NCBI GenBank assembly: GCA_964016885.1 | Contig: OZ024742.1 | Span: 65,286,001 to 65,350,000 of the forward strand | DNA: 64,000 bases | Direction: 5' to 3' | From: Eledone cirrhosa | Taxonomy: Eukaryota | Part shown: positions 26,761 to 43,855 of the stretch, one piece after another | Position numbering within the stretch: position 1 is the stretch's first letter | How the letters are laid out: every line of letters starts with the position of its first letter | Made by a program: the position numbers and the translations under genes | The notes under the pieces: generated by a model | The model's input: the letters and a program-made list of their open reading frames with translations, nothing else | Told to the model about the DNA's origin: nothing | Databases searched by the model: none

Positions 26761-27092
26761 CGAAGCACCAAAAACCCTTAACGAAAGTATGGTATATATA
26801 CTACCAAATCACACTCGATTGCAGGTGATAGCTTTAAATTCAATTTAGGCTCAGGGCCAGCAATTTTTGGGGAAAAGGGAAAGTCGATTATATTGGCAAC
26901 AGTACTTTACTGGTACTTTATTCTATCCAACCCGACAGGATGAAAAGCAAATTTGACCTCGACAAGAATTCTACTCAGAATGTTAAGAGCCGGATTAAAT
27001 ATTGTAAAACATTTTGTTCGACCCCCTTAATACTAACAATAGTAATAATTTTAATCATTACGATAATGATTTATAACAATAACAATGAATAA

Positions 27093-27157
<65 letters not shown>

Positions 27158-27461
27158 CACTACTACTACTACTACTACTACCAATAATTATAATAACAAC
27201 AATAACATAACAATCAAGATAATTATCTAACAATGATAACGATTTCTTCATTAATATAAGGAAAATTACGACGGTAAGAATGGTGACGATGATGATGATG
27301 GTGGTGATGAAAATAATGATTACAATGGTGATGATAGTGATGATAGTGATGATATTGAAGATAATGCTGCTGCTTATGATGATGATGATATTAATCGAAG
27401 TAATAAATCTTCCTTTTGATTATTCAATTTGAAATGACTTGACTGAGAATTGAACATTTGA

Positions 27462-28130
27462 ACCACCACCACTGCCATCACCGCCGCCACCACCACCACT
27501 GCTATCGCCACCACCACCACTGCCACTAACACCACCACCACCACCAACACCACCACCATCACCACATCACCACCACTGTCATCACCAGCACCACCACCAC
27601 CACAGCCAACACCACCACCATCACCACACCACCACCACTGTCATCACCACCACCACCACCACCACCACCACCACAGCCAACACCATCACCATCACCACAT
27701 CACCACCACTGTCATCACCAGCACCACCACTACAGCCAACACCACCACTGTCATCACCAGCACCACCACCACCACCACTGCCATCACCACCACCACCACC
27801 ACAACCACTAACACCACCACCACCACTGCCAACACTGCCAACACCACCACCACCACTGCCAACACCACCACCACCACCACCACCACTGCCAACACCACCA
27901 CCATCACCACCACCACTGCCAACACCACCACCACCACAACCACTAACACCACCACCACCACTGCCAACACCACCACCACCATCACCACCACCACCACCAC
28001 CACAACCACCACAACCACTAACACCACCACCACCACTGCCAACACCACCACCACCACCACAACCACTAACACCACCACCACCACTGCCAACACCACCACC
28101 ATCACCACCACCACCACCACTCCCCCAACC
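27462..28130. repeat. (ACC)-rich low-complexity repeat
   Basis: Direct inspection. Confidence 0.9.
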
Positions 28131-28423
28131 ACTGCACCCCCCCTACAACAACAAACACAACACAGATGGATAATAGTGGGAAGGGACTATACTCCTACTA
28201 ATAACGTGCTTGTGTATGTGAGGGGTTCTATTCTTTATTCGCCAGTTTCAGTTTTGTTTTAAAAGCTCCCACATCATTATTATCATCTTTGTATCTGCAG
28301 AAAAAGGGGCAACATTCTACTCTTCCGCCCTCCACCCCCCCTCTCTCCATTGCTCAGTATCCCATTTCATTTACTGAGCCCTTCTCGCTCTTTCACACAC
28401 TACCAATATTTTGTCTTATTTCA

Positions 28424-28467
<44 letters not shown>

Positions 28468-28727
28468 AAGTATTATATCTATATCTATGTGTACGTACAT
28501 ACACACACACACATATATATGTATATATATATTACACGCACACACACACACATATTACATTTCTCTCTCTCATTCACCTACCCAAGTTCTTTCATCCCAC
28601 CCGTATTACTTGTCTCTACCGCCCTAAACCAGTTGATTTATTGTAAAGGAATTGAACTGAATATTTATTTCACTTCATTTTCTTCCTTTCCCCCTCTTTA
28701 CCATAAAGGTAACTTACGCCCTTCTCG

Positions 28728-28763
<36 letters not shown>

Positions 28764-28859
28764 TAAGGCTCCCTTTCTTCCTCTTACAAACATACACAAA
28801 CGCCCATATATCTATCTTTCAAACACACGCATACATACATACATACATACATACATACA

Positions 28860-28890
<31 letters not shown>

Positions 28891-29477
28891 GTACACACAC
28901 TCTCATACAAGAATACCTGCATGCTTTTCTCATTCACGTACACACATGAATACATGAAAATGCATTCATCGCTCAAAGAACCACATTCTGCCTATACAAT
29001 ATATAAAACTAACCCTAGCATTAAGAGACCCCCAAACCAACCAATCAACTCAGGGTTCAGCTCTCCCCCTCCACTCCTCCCATACTCATCTTTATCCTCG
29101 ATACTCCAACCTCCTTGATCACACATCACATCTAGTATCTTGACTGCTGTACACGCCTTCACATCACATCACACCACACCACACCGCCAGCCAATCAATA
29201 TCTGACGGTTCGATCTGCTAGATATCACAATCAAATCATACACCAGCAATTTATAAAACAACACATTAAAAAAACATACATACTCACACACATACACATA
29301 CCCCCCCCCCCCACCCCCCGCACACACGTTCACGCGCATATATATAATTTGTGTGTATGCATGTTATAATTTATATAGCAATGTATACAAATGTTTGAAT
29401 AGAGAAAACTATATCTGTAGCTTGCAAACGATACGAACTCGTACAGTCTTAATGGATTTTGCTGTTTATTTAATTTA

Positions 29478-29682
29478 ATAATTTCTAGTATAGGCACAAG
29501 GCCTGTAATTTGGGGGAGGGGAAAGTCGATTAAATCGACCCCAGTACGTTACTGGTGCTTTATTTTATCGACGCCGTAAGGATGAAAGGCAAAGTTAACC
29601 TCAGCGGGATTTGAACTCAGACTATAAAGGACCGTAACTCTATGCTGCAAAGTATCTCTACCGATACTGCCAATCCACCGCT
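29478..29682 (-). mobile_element. SINE family A (longer-tail subfamily, internal deletion)
   Basis: Consensus match. Confidence 0.85.
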
Positions 29683-30147
29683 CTTACGACAAATAGTGAT
29701 AAGAAACTATCAGGAGAGCTGGATAGCAGAAGGTCTTCAGAGAAGAAACCAACTATTGCAAGTATTTCGGCCCTTAACTTCTTATAATCTAAGGGAGCCT
29801 GGCCGCATCCAGGTGATGACTTCTGTTTCTTTAATTTAATAATGGAATACAACAAATATATTTAACGTCTTTATTGACTGTATGAGCACATTTGTATCGA
29901 ACTATTATGTAGGTGTTCACCAGCACACACATTACTTCTAAATTAATAAATAAAAACAATAGATTATAATCCTACTCTTGGCACTGTCATTGGTGCTGCT
30001 CACTTCTATTTGTCTCCAGGGTTATTTGGTCCGATTTTCTCAATTATTATTTATAGTGATCGTTATTACAGTTATTTCTGCGTTTAGACCCCCCCCCCCA
30101 CACAATAATAAACAAGAAAGACTGTTTCATTTGTACATCCCCATTTA

Positions 30148-30218
30148 TTTTGTTATACGTATTTCAAGACGTAAGGCAGTTGTATAACAACTGCCCTACG
30201 TGTTCTCTTCAGACAAAA
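30148..30218 (-). ncRNA. Type I hammerhead ribozyme motif, intact
   Basis: Minus strand: TTTTGT-CTGAAGA-GAAC-ACGTAGGGCAGTTGT-TAT-ACAACTGCCTTACGT-CTT-GAAA-TACGTA-TA-ACAAAA. 6-bp stem I, 15-bp stem II, palindromic ATACGTAT stem III. Confidence 0.8.
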
Positions 30219-30515
30219 ATTCAAATGAGATGTAAAGTTCCATTGATATGTTACCGGTCATGCATGTTATTCGCTTCGCCGAATATAAACATCTGAAACT
30301 ATAATTATCCCTAGAAGACAGCCAATGAGAAGGAATCGTCAATGTGTTTGTCTCTTCGAGTTTTCTGTTTCTTGTATATGTCCCACGTTTAATTATATAT
30401 ATATATATATATATGCAAGAGATATCAACATGAATGGACCTGTTATTTTTATCTAAAGACATTTTTTCCAATTCCAACCCGCCCGTCTCCTCAATCTATT
30501 TTATTTCTCATTCTT

Positions 30516-30551
30516 TCTTCTGATGAAGGACTAGCGCCTGAAACGTTAAGA
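30516..30551 (+). ncRNA. Minimal type I hammerhead motif, intact core
   Basis: TCTT-CTGATGA-AGG-ACTAGCG-CCT-GAAA-CG-TT-AAGA. Loopless palindromic ACGT stem III; the tail continues to ~30632. Confidence 0.7.
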
Positions 30552-30720
30552 CCCTCTTCCTGCTATATCATACCTAATATATACCTTCCATATACTGTAC
30601 CGATTGTGTTGTTATTTCTGTTTACCTTTTACATACATATATATATGATGTATAAAGACGCCAATCACAAACACACTAAAGCCACTGTCGTTTATACTGG
30701 CCTTTCTTTCTCTTTACAGA

Positions 30721-30766
30721 GACACCTGAAGACAGTCAGTGAATAGACCGAAACTCGAAAGATATC
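30721..30766 (+). ncRNA. Degenerate hammerhead motif
   Basis: GACAC-CTGAAGA-CAGTC-AGTGAATA-GACC-GAAA-CTCGA.. Cleavage site and stem I are decayed. Confidence 0.4.
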
Positions 30767-31204
30767 ATCAAAATTTATAGGGAACAAAGTTCGAACCACA
30801 AGATATGGAAATGAGCACCATTTCACAAAATATTGTATATCTTTGCTCCATCTTAATCAAATTGGACAGTCTTTCAGTGTCTCTCCCCCTTTTACCCTTT
30901 CAAAACACTTCCACCAAATCTCCACTTCACAAAGCTGTCTCACAGCAACAACAACATAAATAGGTTTAGGAAGATAAAGCACGGCACCCCCGTCACCCAC
31001 CACACACCTGTGATATCGGACTCCCCCCCCCCCCCACCTTACCTCCATGTTCACCTCTGACCGTGGCACACACCCAACTTGCGTGTCGGGAGGTCCAATC
31101 TCGTGTCATCTATACCAAGCTAATCTGACTTAATCTCGCAAATTGATCAATCTACTGTGTTACGTGTGTGCGTCTGCGCATGTGTACACGTGAATTCATA
31201 TGTA

Positions 31205-31213
31205 AGTGTGTAT

Positions 31214-31266
<53 letters not shown>

Positions 31267-31359
31267 TAGCATACACGTATGTATGTATATATATGTATGT
31301 ATGTACATATATGTATGTATGTAAGTATATATATATGTGTATGTATATATATGTGTACG

Positions 31360-31390
<31 letters not shown>

Positions 31391-31428
31391 ATATATATAT
31401 GTGTACGTATGTATATATACATGTGTAC

Positions 31429-31470
<42 letters not shown>

Positions 31471-31812
31471 GTACACATATGTATATATACATACGTACAC
31501 ATATATATATATACATACATACATACATGCACATATATATATATACTTACATACACACATATATATACATACATACATATATACGTACACATATATATAC
31601 ATACATGCACATATATATATACTTACATACACACATATATATATATATACTTACATACACATATATATACATACACATATATAAACATACATACATACAC
31701 ACATATATATATACATACACATATATATACGTACATATATATATATATATATAAATACATATATATATACATACATATATATATATATATAAATACATAT
31801 ATATATACATAC

Positions 31813-31883
<71 letters not shown>

Positions 31884-31922
31884 TACATATATATATATAT
31901 TCATGCATATATATATAGATAC

Positions 31923-31953
<31 letters not shown>

Positions 31954-32134
31954 CATAAATATATATATACATACACATATATATATACACACACATATAT
32001 ATATATATATATATAAACATACACATATATATATATATATACATACATATATATATATACATACATATATATATATACATACATACATATACTGTATATA
32101 TATATATACATACATACATATACACACATACATA

Positions 32135-32166
<32 letters not shown>

Positions 32167-32189
32167 CATATATATATATACATATATAT

Positions 32190-32223
<34 letters not shown>

Positions 32224-32561
32224 ATATATATACACACATACATATACACACATACACATATATATATACATATATATATATATACATACATACATATATA
32301 CATATATATACATACATATATACACATATATATACATATACACATATATATATATACATACATACATATATATACATACATATATACACACACATATATA
32401 TATGCATACATACATATATCTATACATATATATACATATATATACATATATACACACACACATATATATATATATGCATAAATACATATATATATACATA
32501 TATATACATATATATATATATACATATATATATATACATACATATATATATATATACATAC

Positions 32562-32596
<35 letters not shown>

Positions 32597-33647
32597 CATA
32601 TATACGTACATATATATATATATACATATATATATATAAATATATATAGATATATACATATATATATAAATATATATATACAATGCGAAGAAATACCAAC
32701 GACAATCAGCAGACTACTGATGAAGGACATTCTTGTTTCTTGGCCTATTTTATTCATATGTTCATATTCGCAACAACACAGCACGCCATTTTTCATTCAT
32801 ATACATATATACATATATATACATATACATACATATACATACATACAAATATGTACATATATATATATATAATTATATATATACATATATACAATATACA
32901 TATACATATACATACATATACATACATACAAATATGTACATATATATATATATAATTATATATATACATATATATACATACAAATATGTACATATATATA
33001 TATATATATAAATATATATACATATATATACATACAAATATGTACATATATATATATATATATATACATACAAATATGTACATATATATATATAAATATA
33101 TATACATATATATACATATATATATATACATATATATACATATACATATATATACATATATATACATATTTATATATACATATATATACATATTTATATA
33201 TACATATATATATATACATATATATACATATATATATATACATATATATAATAAATATATATACATATATATATACATATATATACATAATATATATATA
33301 CATATATATATAAATATATATACATATATATATATAAATTTATATACATATATATACATATATATTAATATATATACATATATATAAATATATATACATA
33401 TATATACATATATATATACATATATATATATAAATATATATACATATATATATAAATATATATACATATATATACATATATATTAATATATATATACATA
33501 TATATAAATATATATACATATATATACATATATATATACATATATATATACATATATATATACATATATATATACATATATATATACATATATATATACA
33601 TATATAGATATATATATATACATATACATATATATACATATATATAC

Positions 33648-33686
<39 letters not shown>

Positions 33687-33749
33687 CATATATATAAATA
33701 CATATATATATACACACACATATATATATATATAAATACATATATATAT

Positions 33750-33810
<61 letters not shown>

Positions 33811-33878
33811 TATACATATATATACATATATATATGTATATATATATATATATATACATATTTATATATACAAACACA
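31205..33878. repeat. ~2.7-kb (TA)n/(TACA)n microsatellite field with a 120-bp unique insert at ~32681-32800
   Basis: Direct inspection. Confidence 0.95.
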
Positions 33879-34363
33879 CGTATGTCATGAACATGTATAT
33901 ATACTGGCTCTTTATCAACTTAGCATTTTCCTGGAATAGAAAAATGTAGATAAGGTAATATTTGTGTTGTTGTTTACTGCACTTTTTGTAGTTGCAATGT
34001 TAGTGTTGTGCCGAATTCCCTTTTTTTTAAAATTATTATTGTAGATATTGTTATTGTTGCTGTTGTGGTTGTGGTTGTAGTTGTTGTTGATGCTGATGCT
34101 GCAGCTGTCCGCCAAGCTGTAGAATATCCCTTTTCCTTTTCTTCACTTATTTCACATTGTATGTAATTTGTTCTTTTGTTCATGGAGGTATTAGCAATAA
34201 TGGCGGCGGTAAAGGCGATGGTATTCGTGTCGTGCTGGTGATGACGTAGTATTAATAGTGGTCTTGTTGATGGTGTAATATAAGATATACAGATAACGGC
34301 GATGATGATGAGGATAATGGTGGTGGTGGTGGTGGTGGTGGTGATTGTGATTATATATATATA

Positions 34364-34463
34364 TAGTGAAATTCCGTTATAACGAAATTCACGGGCTATC
34401 AAAAAAATTCATTGTAACGAAAAATTCGTTATAATGGTATTCGTTATGACGGAATGTTACCTG
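34364..34463 (+). mobile_element. Tigger/pogo-like MITE (short)
   Basis: TIRs AGTGAAATTCCGTTATAACG / CGTTATGACGGAATGTTACCTG within TA. Homologues at 36266 and 43856. Confidence 0.7.
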
Positions 34464-34973
34464 TATATAGCAATTGTGTTACTGTTGTTGATGATGGTGG
34501 TGATGTAGTGTTAATGACGTTGTTGTTGGTGTGATCATATCGGTAGCGGTTAATATAGAGATGGTGATGATGGTAGTGTTTATAGTAATGATATTAGTAG
34601 TTGTGGCAGCAATGGTAACGTTATTAGTGGTGTAATGTTATAATGGAGATCGTAGTAGCGGTGGTTGAGGTGTTGGTTACAGTACTAGGAACGTCCTTCA
34701 ATTATGGTGCAACTGTTTAATTATTCAACAGATAATGTAATAAAAGAGAGGCAAAAGGAGGGTGCGTGGGGGGCACTGGGAGACATTCGACATGCTGTGT
34801 TACTTATCACTTGTCTTCTTGAGTGTGTGTGTATGTGTGTATCTGAGTGTGTGTATGTGTATGTGTATGTGTGTATATGTGTGCGTGTATATGCATGTGT
34901 GTATGTGTGTGTCTTTATCCCTATACATACATACATAAAACACATTTACATACATACGCACACACACTATATA

Positions 34974-35051
34974 CAGGGTGTTGCCAAAAATGTATACACA
35001 CTTCAACAGCATTCTAATCAAACTGTGTATACCTTTTTGGGGGACACTTTG
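34974..35051. mobile_element. Tc1/mariner-type mini-MITE
   Basis: TA|CAGGGTGTTGCC...GGGACACTTTG|TA. Partial inverted copy at ~35100-35158. Confidence 0.7.
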
Positions 35052-35183
35052 TATATGTATATATAGTGTGTGTGTGTATATAAATGTGTTTTATGTATGT
35101 ATACATACTTTCATTAGAATGCTGTTGAAGTGTGTATACATTTTTTGGGGACACCCTGCATATATATATATATATATATATAT

Positions 35184-35500
35184 GGCTTAGTGGTTAGAGC
35201 ATTGGCCTTGCAATCGAAAGGTTGTGAGTTCAATTCTAAGACCGGGTGATGTGTTGTTTCCTTGAGCAAGACACTTTATTTCATATTGCTCCAGTTTATC
35301 CAGCTGTAGAAATGAGATGATAGGGACTGGGGTCCATATCATTCCACTGTAAAGTGGTCGTGGAGGTGCTACGGCAAAAAAGCACACAGCACTCACTGTA
35401 AATGAGGTTGGTGTTAGGAAGGGCATCCAGCTGTAGAAATCAAGCCAGAATCAGTTCCCGTCCCACCCTTGCAAGCTGGGAAAAAGCGGATGTAAAATGA
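35184..35500 (+). mobile_element. CORE-type tRNA SINE ending in (GAT)n
   Basis: GGCTTAGTGGTTAG A-box, GAGTTCAATTC B-box, CCTTGAGCAAGACACTTTA core, and GTTAGGAAGGGCATCCAGCTGTAGAAA tail. Confidence 0.7.
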
Positions 35501-35505
35501 AATGA

Positions 35506-35594
<89 letters not shown>

Positions 35595-35909
35595 TTTCTG
35601 AATTTGTTTAGCAAGATTCTTTATCTGAAAACGTGTGTTGAAACCGATATTGTTATACTTTGGGAGGGTCATGTTGCCAATGAGAAACACCCGCACCAGT
35701 TGCTTTCACTTCAATTTATTATAATAAATTTATAAATTTCCGGTTGGTTGGTTGGTTCCACAGCCAGATGATTGTTTATATATTGCCAAAGTTCTTTCGT
35801 CACATATTCTGTGACCTCTTCAGTGACTGGGGATTCTTTTCTTTGTTTTTGTGCCTCTCCTTTGTTCTGTCCTACGCCATCTTGTTTTCGTGTATATATA
35901 TATATATAA

Positions 35910-36225
35910 ACTGGTACTCCGTCGGTTACGACGACGAGTGTTACAGTTGATACGATCAACAGAACAGCCCGCTCATGAAATTAACGTGCAAGTGACTGAG
36001 TTTCCACAGACACGTGTACTTTTAAACATAGTTCTCAGGAAGATTCTGTATGACACAGAATGCAACAAGACTGACTTTTTGAATTACAGGTACAACTCAT
36101 TTTTGCCAACTGAGTGGACTGGAGCAACGTGAAATAAAGTGTCTTGTTGAAGGCCACAACTCACCGCTGTGCATTGAACTCATGACCTTACGATCATGAG
36201 CCGAATAGCCTAACCACTTAGTCAC
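35910..36225 (-). mobile_element. CORE-type tRNA SINE (family with a GAAATTAACGTGCAAGTGGCTGAG body)
   Basis: Head on minus at ~36225. Body fragments also at ~22080-22220, 25540-25650 and 48020-48165. Confidence 0.65.
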
Positions 36226-36265
36226 AAATCACACACATACAAATCACACACACACACACACGCAG

Positions 36266-36471
36266 AGTGAAATTCCGTTATAACGAAATTCACGGGGTAT
36301 AAACAAAAATTCGTTGTAACGAAACATTCTTTATAACGAGATCGACCTAACACATCGAGCGTGTGGCCGGGGATTGAAAAATATTTGGTTATACTGAAAA
36401 ATTCGTTGTAATGGTATTCGTTATAACGGAATTTTACCTATAACGGAATTTTACCTATAACGGAATTTTAC
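36266..36471 (+). mobile_element. Tigger/pogo-like MITE with triplicated 3' TIR segment
   Basis: TATAACGGAATTTTAC repeated three times at the right end. Confidence 0.7.
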
Positions 36472-36528
36472 ACACATACATATATACACACACATACACA
36501 CACACATACACTCACACACGTGTGTAAG

Positions 36529-36571
<43 letters not shown>

Positions 36572-36705
36572 ATTTCATATCTGCTCCCGTGTGTGTTGAT
36601 GACTTAAGCAACATTGATCAAATTGGTTTCTTGCCCGAACAAACGGTCCAAAGAAGAGAGGGGTGGTGTTGCGTAGTCAACAAGTTTATTATTGGTTGCT
36701 TGCTT

Positions 36706-36738
<33 letters not shown>

Positions 36739-36854
36739 GAACCTGTAACTCCTGCTGCTGTAAGTCGTAGCGGCGCTGTAGTGACTTACATCATCTCTCG
36801 GCCAACTTAAAACCTGGTGGAGACCTTCTGCTCTCCAGGTCTGAACAGAGCCAA

Positions 36855-36885
<31 letters not shown>

Positions 36886-37523
36886 TAGGGAATATAAAGG
36901 GAGAATTGACCTTCAATACTGAACCGATATTGTTTTTTCGACCTCGAAAAGATGAAAGGCAAAGTTGACCTTGGTAGGTTTTGAACTCAGAGTGCAGAGA
37001 GGGGGAACAAATATCGCAAAGCATTCTATCCACCGTTATACCGACTCTGTTAATTCGTTGCACTGTTATTAACTTTATTGACCCATCAATAATTAAAATC
37101 TTAATCTAAACCAGCAGGACTTGAAACCGGAAAGTTAAAGGTCGTAAGTAAATGCATAGCTTCATAACCACCCATTTTTATTGCATTGCAAAATTTAGTT
37201 AGATTAAGGGTGGACGATTGGCAAAATTGATAGAACATCGGTAAAATGTCATGCGGTATTTATTTTGAGTTCGAATCCCCCCGAGATCAACTTTGTCTTT
37301 CATCCGTCTGGGGTTGATAAAATAAAGTACCAGTTAAGTAACAGGGTTAATTTAATCAATTTTGCCTTTCTCCCAAATTTGCTGGTCTTCCGCCTAAACT
37401 AGAAACCAATATATAGATTTCTTTACGGTTTGTGTTCAAATCACACTACTATCCACATTGTTTTCCATCCCTCAGGAGTCAATATTTTATCAACCATAAT
37501 AATAATACGCCAGGTGTGCTTGT

Positions 37524-37612
37524 GACCCTCTTCCTGCTATTTCAAGCGTTAACCTAGTATATTCCTTCCATATACTGTACCGGTTGTGTTGTTATTTCTG
37601 TTTACCTTTTAC
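37524..37612 (+). mobile_element. PLE-like tail copy lacking the ribozyme
   Basis: GACCCTCTTCCTGCTAT...TTTCTGTTTACCTTTTAC, homologous to 30550-30632. Confidence 0.7.
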
Positions 37613-37626
37613 ATGCACACACACGC

Positions 37627-38226
37627 ATATATATTATATGTATATATATATTATATGTATATATTATATGTATATATGTATATATGTATATATTATATGT
37701 ATATATATATTATATGTATATATTATATGTATATATGTATATATTATATGTATATATTATATGTATATATGTATATATTATATGTATACATATATATTAT
37801 ATGTATATATGTATATATTATATGTATACATATATATTATATGTATATATGTATATATTATATGTATATATGTATATATTATATGTATACATATATATTA
37901 TATGTATATATTATATGTATATATGTATATATTATATGTATATATTATATGTATATATTATATATATATATTATATGTATATATATATATATTATATGTA
38001 TATATTATATGTATATATTATATATGGCCAGTGGATTGGCAGTATCGGTAGAGGGTCTGACGCCATGCTTTGCAGCATAGAGTTACGATCCTTTCCATTC
38101 TGAGTTCAAATCCCGCCGAGGTTAACTTTGCCTTTCATCCTTATGGGGTCGATAAAATAAAGTACCAGTAATACACTGGGTAATTGCTGGCCTTGTGCCA
38201 AAAGTAGAAACAATTATATGTATATA

Positions 38227-38271
<45 letters not shown>

Positions 38272-38488
38272 ATATATATATTATATGTATATATATATAT
38301 ATTATATGTGTATATTATATGTATATATTATATGTATATATTTATATATATATATATATATAATAAAATATGGAGAAATATATATATATATATATATTAT
38401 ATGCATATATATATATATATATATTATATACATATATATATTATATGTATATATATATATATATATATTATATGTATATATATATATA

Positions 38489-38553
<65 letters not shown>

Positions 38554-38584
38554 TATATATATATTATATGTATATATATATATA

Positions 38585-38628
<44 letters not shown>

Positions 38629-38691
38629 TATATATATATATATATTATATGTATATATATATATATTATATGTATATATATATATTATATG

Positions 38692-38722
<31 letters not shown>

Positions 38723-38753
38723 TATATATACATATTATAAGTATATATATATA

Positions 38754-38793
<40 letters not shown>

Positions 38794-39004
38794 TATATAT
38801 ATATATTATATGTATATATATATATTATATGTATATATATACATATTATAAGTATATATATATATTATATGTATATATACATATATTATATGTATATATA
38901 TATATTATATGTATATATACATATATTATATGTATATATATATATATATACATATTATATGTATATATACATATATATTATATATATATGTATATATATA
39001 TATG
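37627..39004. repeat. (TATTATATGTA..)n TA-rich microsatellite, interrupted by a SINE
   Basis: Direct inspection. Confidence 0.95.
38026..38216 (+). mobile_element. SINE family A, full length, inserted in the TA field
   Basis: Consensus match. Confidence 0.9.
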
Positions 39005-39124
39005 TATTAATAAGAGGAATTCCAACTTTGTCTGATTTACTCGTTTTATTTACAATCCTTTAAAATATATATAATGGTATTATAATGAAATAGTATGATA
39101 GAATATTAAATTCTAAGTGTTAAT

Positions 39125-39163
39125 TGAACAAGTACTTTCATGCTTTCGCAATCTTCAGGTTCA
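39125..39163 (-). ncRNA. Minimal type I hammerhead (left arm)
   Basis: Exact reverse complement of 39268-39306. Confidence 0.8.
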
Positions 39164-39267
39164 TGATATGTGGTGACAGTCGAGTTTGCAATTGAAAATT
39201 GCAGTTGAAAATTGACAGTTGAAAATTGACAGTTGAAAATTGCAAACTCGACTGTCACCACATATCA

Positions 39268-39306
39268 TGAACCTGAAGATTGCGAAAGCATGAAAGTACT
39301 TGTTCA
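39268..39306 (+). ncRNA. Minimal type I hammerhead (right arm)
   Basis: TGAAC-CTGAAGA-T-TGC-GAAA-GCA-T-GAAA-GTAC-TT-GTTCA. 5-bp stem I, GNRA-capped stem II, palindromic AGTACT stem III. Confidence 0.8.
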
Positions 39307-39454
39307 ATTAACACTTAGAATTTAATATTCTATCATACTATTTCATTATAATACCATTATATATATTTTAAAGGACTGTAAATAAAACGAGTAAATCAGA
39401 CAAAGTTGGAATTCCTCTTATTAATATAATCTTCTATACACAATCATACACACC

Positions 39455-42145
<2,691 letters not shown>

Positions 42146-42974
42146 CACATTTCACAATGCTTCAAGCAAACTTTAACACCCTCTTAAATAAATTATTAAG
42201 ATATCATTTTTATCTTTATGCATCGTGTCAATAATCAACATAAACTGTGGGGTTTCTTTTATGCAAACCATAAATTTATGAAAAACACAAATTTCCCAGT
42301 TTGTATGATTGTTCATAGTTCCGGTAATCTGGTATATATGGCATATCAAGCATGGACTCAAAAATTAACTAAGTTCAGCGCTATTGCAGTGATTATTCAT
42401 GTCATGGGTTCAACTAGTATCTTGTTTTGTGTGGTGGTGTTCAGTCATAGGTCTGCGGTCAACTAGGTTACAACTTTCACTGATCTTTAGTAGATCATAT
42501 CAATCTTAGTACTTATTTTAGTCAAGTACTCAGGGGTAGAGCAGAATTTAAAGAGGTGCTTCCTCCTCAAAGTTTCACTATAGAGTTTCTCTTATGCAAA
42601 GCATAGATTTAACAAAACACAAATTTCCGATTTTGTAGGAGTTGTTCATATACTCAATAATTCTATTCTTGCTACATTTCTGAGCCATTGTACGCAGTGT
42701 TGTTCTATGTGACAATGGATTCGTCTTGTTACCGTCACTCCCCTGATAACACGATTTGCTATTATCTCTTATCTAGTCTTGCTGACAGGTTTCCTCAGGC
42801 TGCGCATCACGCAGGTCAGGACTGTGGTCTCTATAAGCTTAGGCAGACTTCAGGCTTGGCATTCGTATGCGAGTGTGGTAATGAAGATTAAGTTGAGTAA
42901 CAGCCAGGAAATAGCACATTGTTACTTCCAGCCTAGCCAGTCAGATGAAGAAGAACAAACTACTCTCACAGCTG

Positions 42975-43340
42975 AAGTCCAATGAATAACGAGGAAATGA
43001 AAACCAGCTCTGGGGCTATAAAACCACCCTTAGAGCAGTGAGGACAAACAAGTCCTAGAAACGCAACAGCAAGAATAGATAGAACTACAACTGAAACCTC
43101 TCGAGCATTTGAAGAAATGGTATGGAGCAAAGGGAAAGTTCCAGAGGACTGGCGAAGGACAGTGATAAAACACGTATAGAAGAAGAAAGGCAACAAGAGA
43201 CTACAGAATATGCAGGTAGTCGCACTGCTAAGCCATGTAGGAAAGGAGTATGTCAAAATACTGGAATAACGCACAAGATATAAGGTAGAACTATTCTTGA
43301 AAGAAGCACAGATGGGGTACAGAAAACAGCAGAGAGTGTA
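42975..43340 (+). pseudogene. Decayed LINE reverse transcriptase fragment (RTE-like)
   Basis: VWSKGKVPEDWRRTVI..KKKGNKR..N..VALLSHVGKEYVKILE*R.RYKVELFLKEAQMGYRK, the conserved block preceding the RT core, with stops. Confidence 0.8.
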
Positions 43341-43584
43341 CTGAGAGGTCTGCGGAAGGACCATCCACAATAACCGTACCTTGCTCAAGATTCTCTCTAT
43401 ATATAGAGAGAATGCATTTACCCCAAAAGAACTGGTCTACATCATTAAGACATCTCTCTAGGAGAAACTTACTCTGGTAAAAAAAAACCTGCGACTTCGT
43501 TTACACCCCCCCCACACATATATATGTATATATATATATAGTAATCATAAATACTAAAATCTGAAGAGGGCTCGATAAGGATTA

Positions 43585-43655
<71 letters not shown>

Positions 43656-43660
43656 CACAC

Positions 43661-43698
<38 letters not shown>

Positions 43699-43738
43699 TT
43701 ACACACACGCATATATATATATATACAAACACAAACAA

Positions 43739-43777
<39 letters not shown>

Positions 43778-43855
43778 CATATATAAACATATACATAAAT
43801 ATATATATACACATATATACATGTATACATACATACATATACACACATATGTATA

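Larger units (their letters stand above)
39005..39426. mobile_element. Fold-back cassette: 189-bp near-perfect inverted repeat with a hammerhead in each arm
   Basis: Arms 39005-39193 and 39238-39426 with one mismatch seen; spacer of TTGAAAATTG(A)CAG repeats. Confidence 0.85.

Noticed and set aside
29750-29815. Minus-strand CTGGATGC-GGCC...GGCC-GAAA hammerhead-like motif
   Set aside because: Core deviates and no stem I/III pairing was found.
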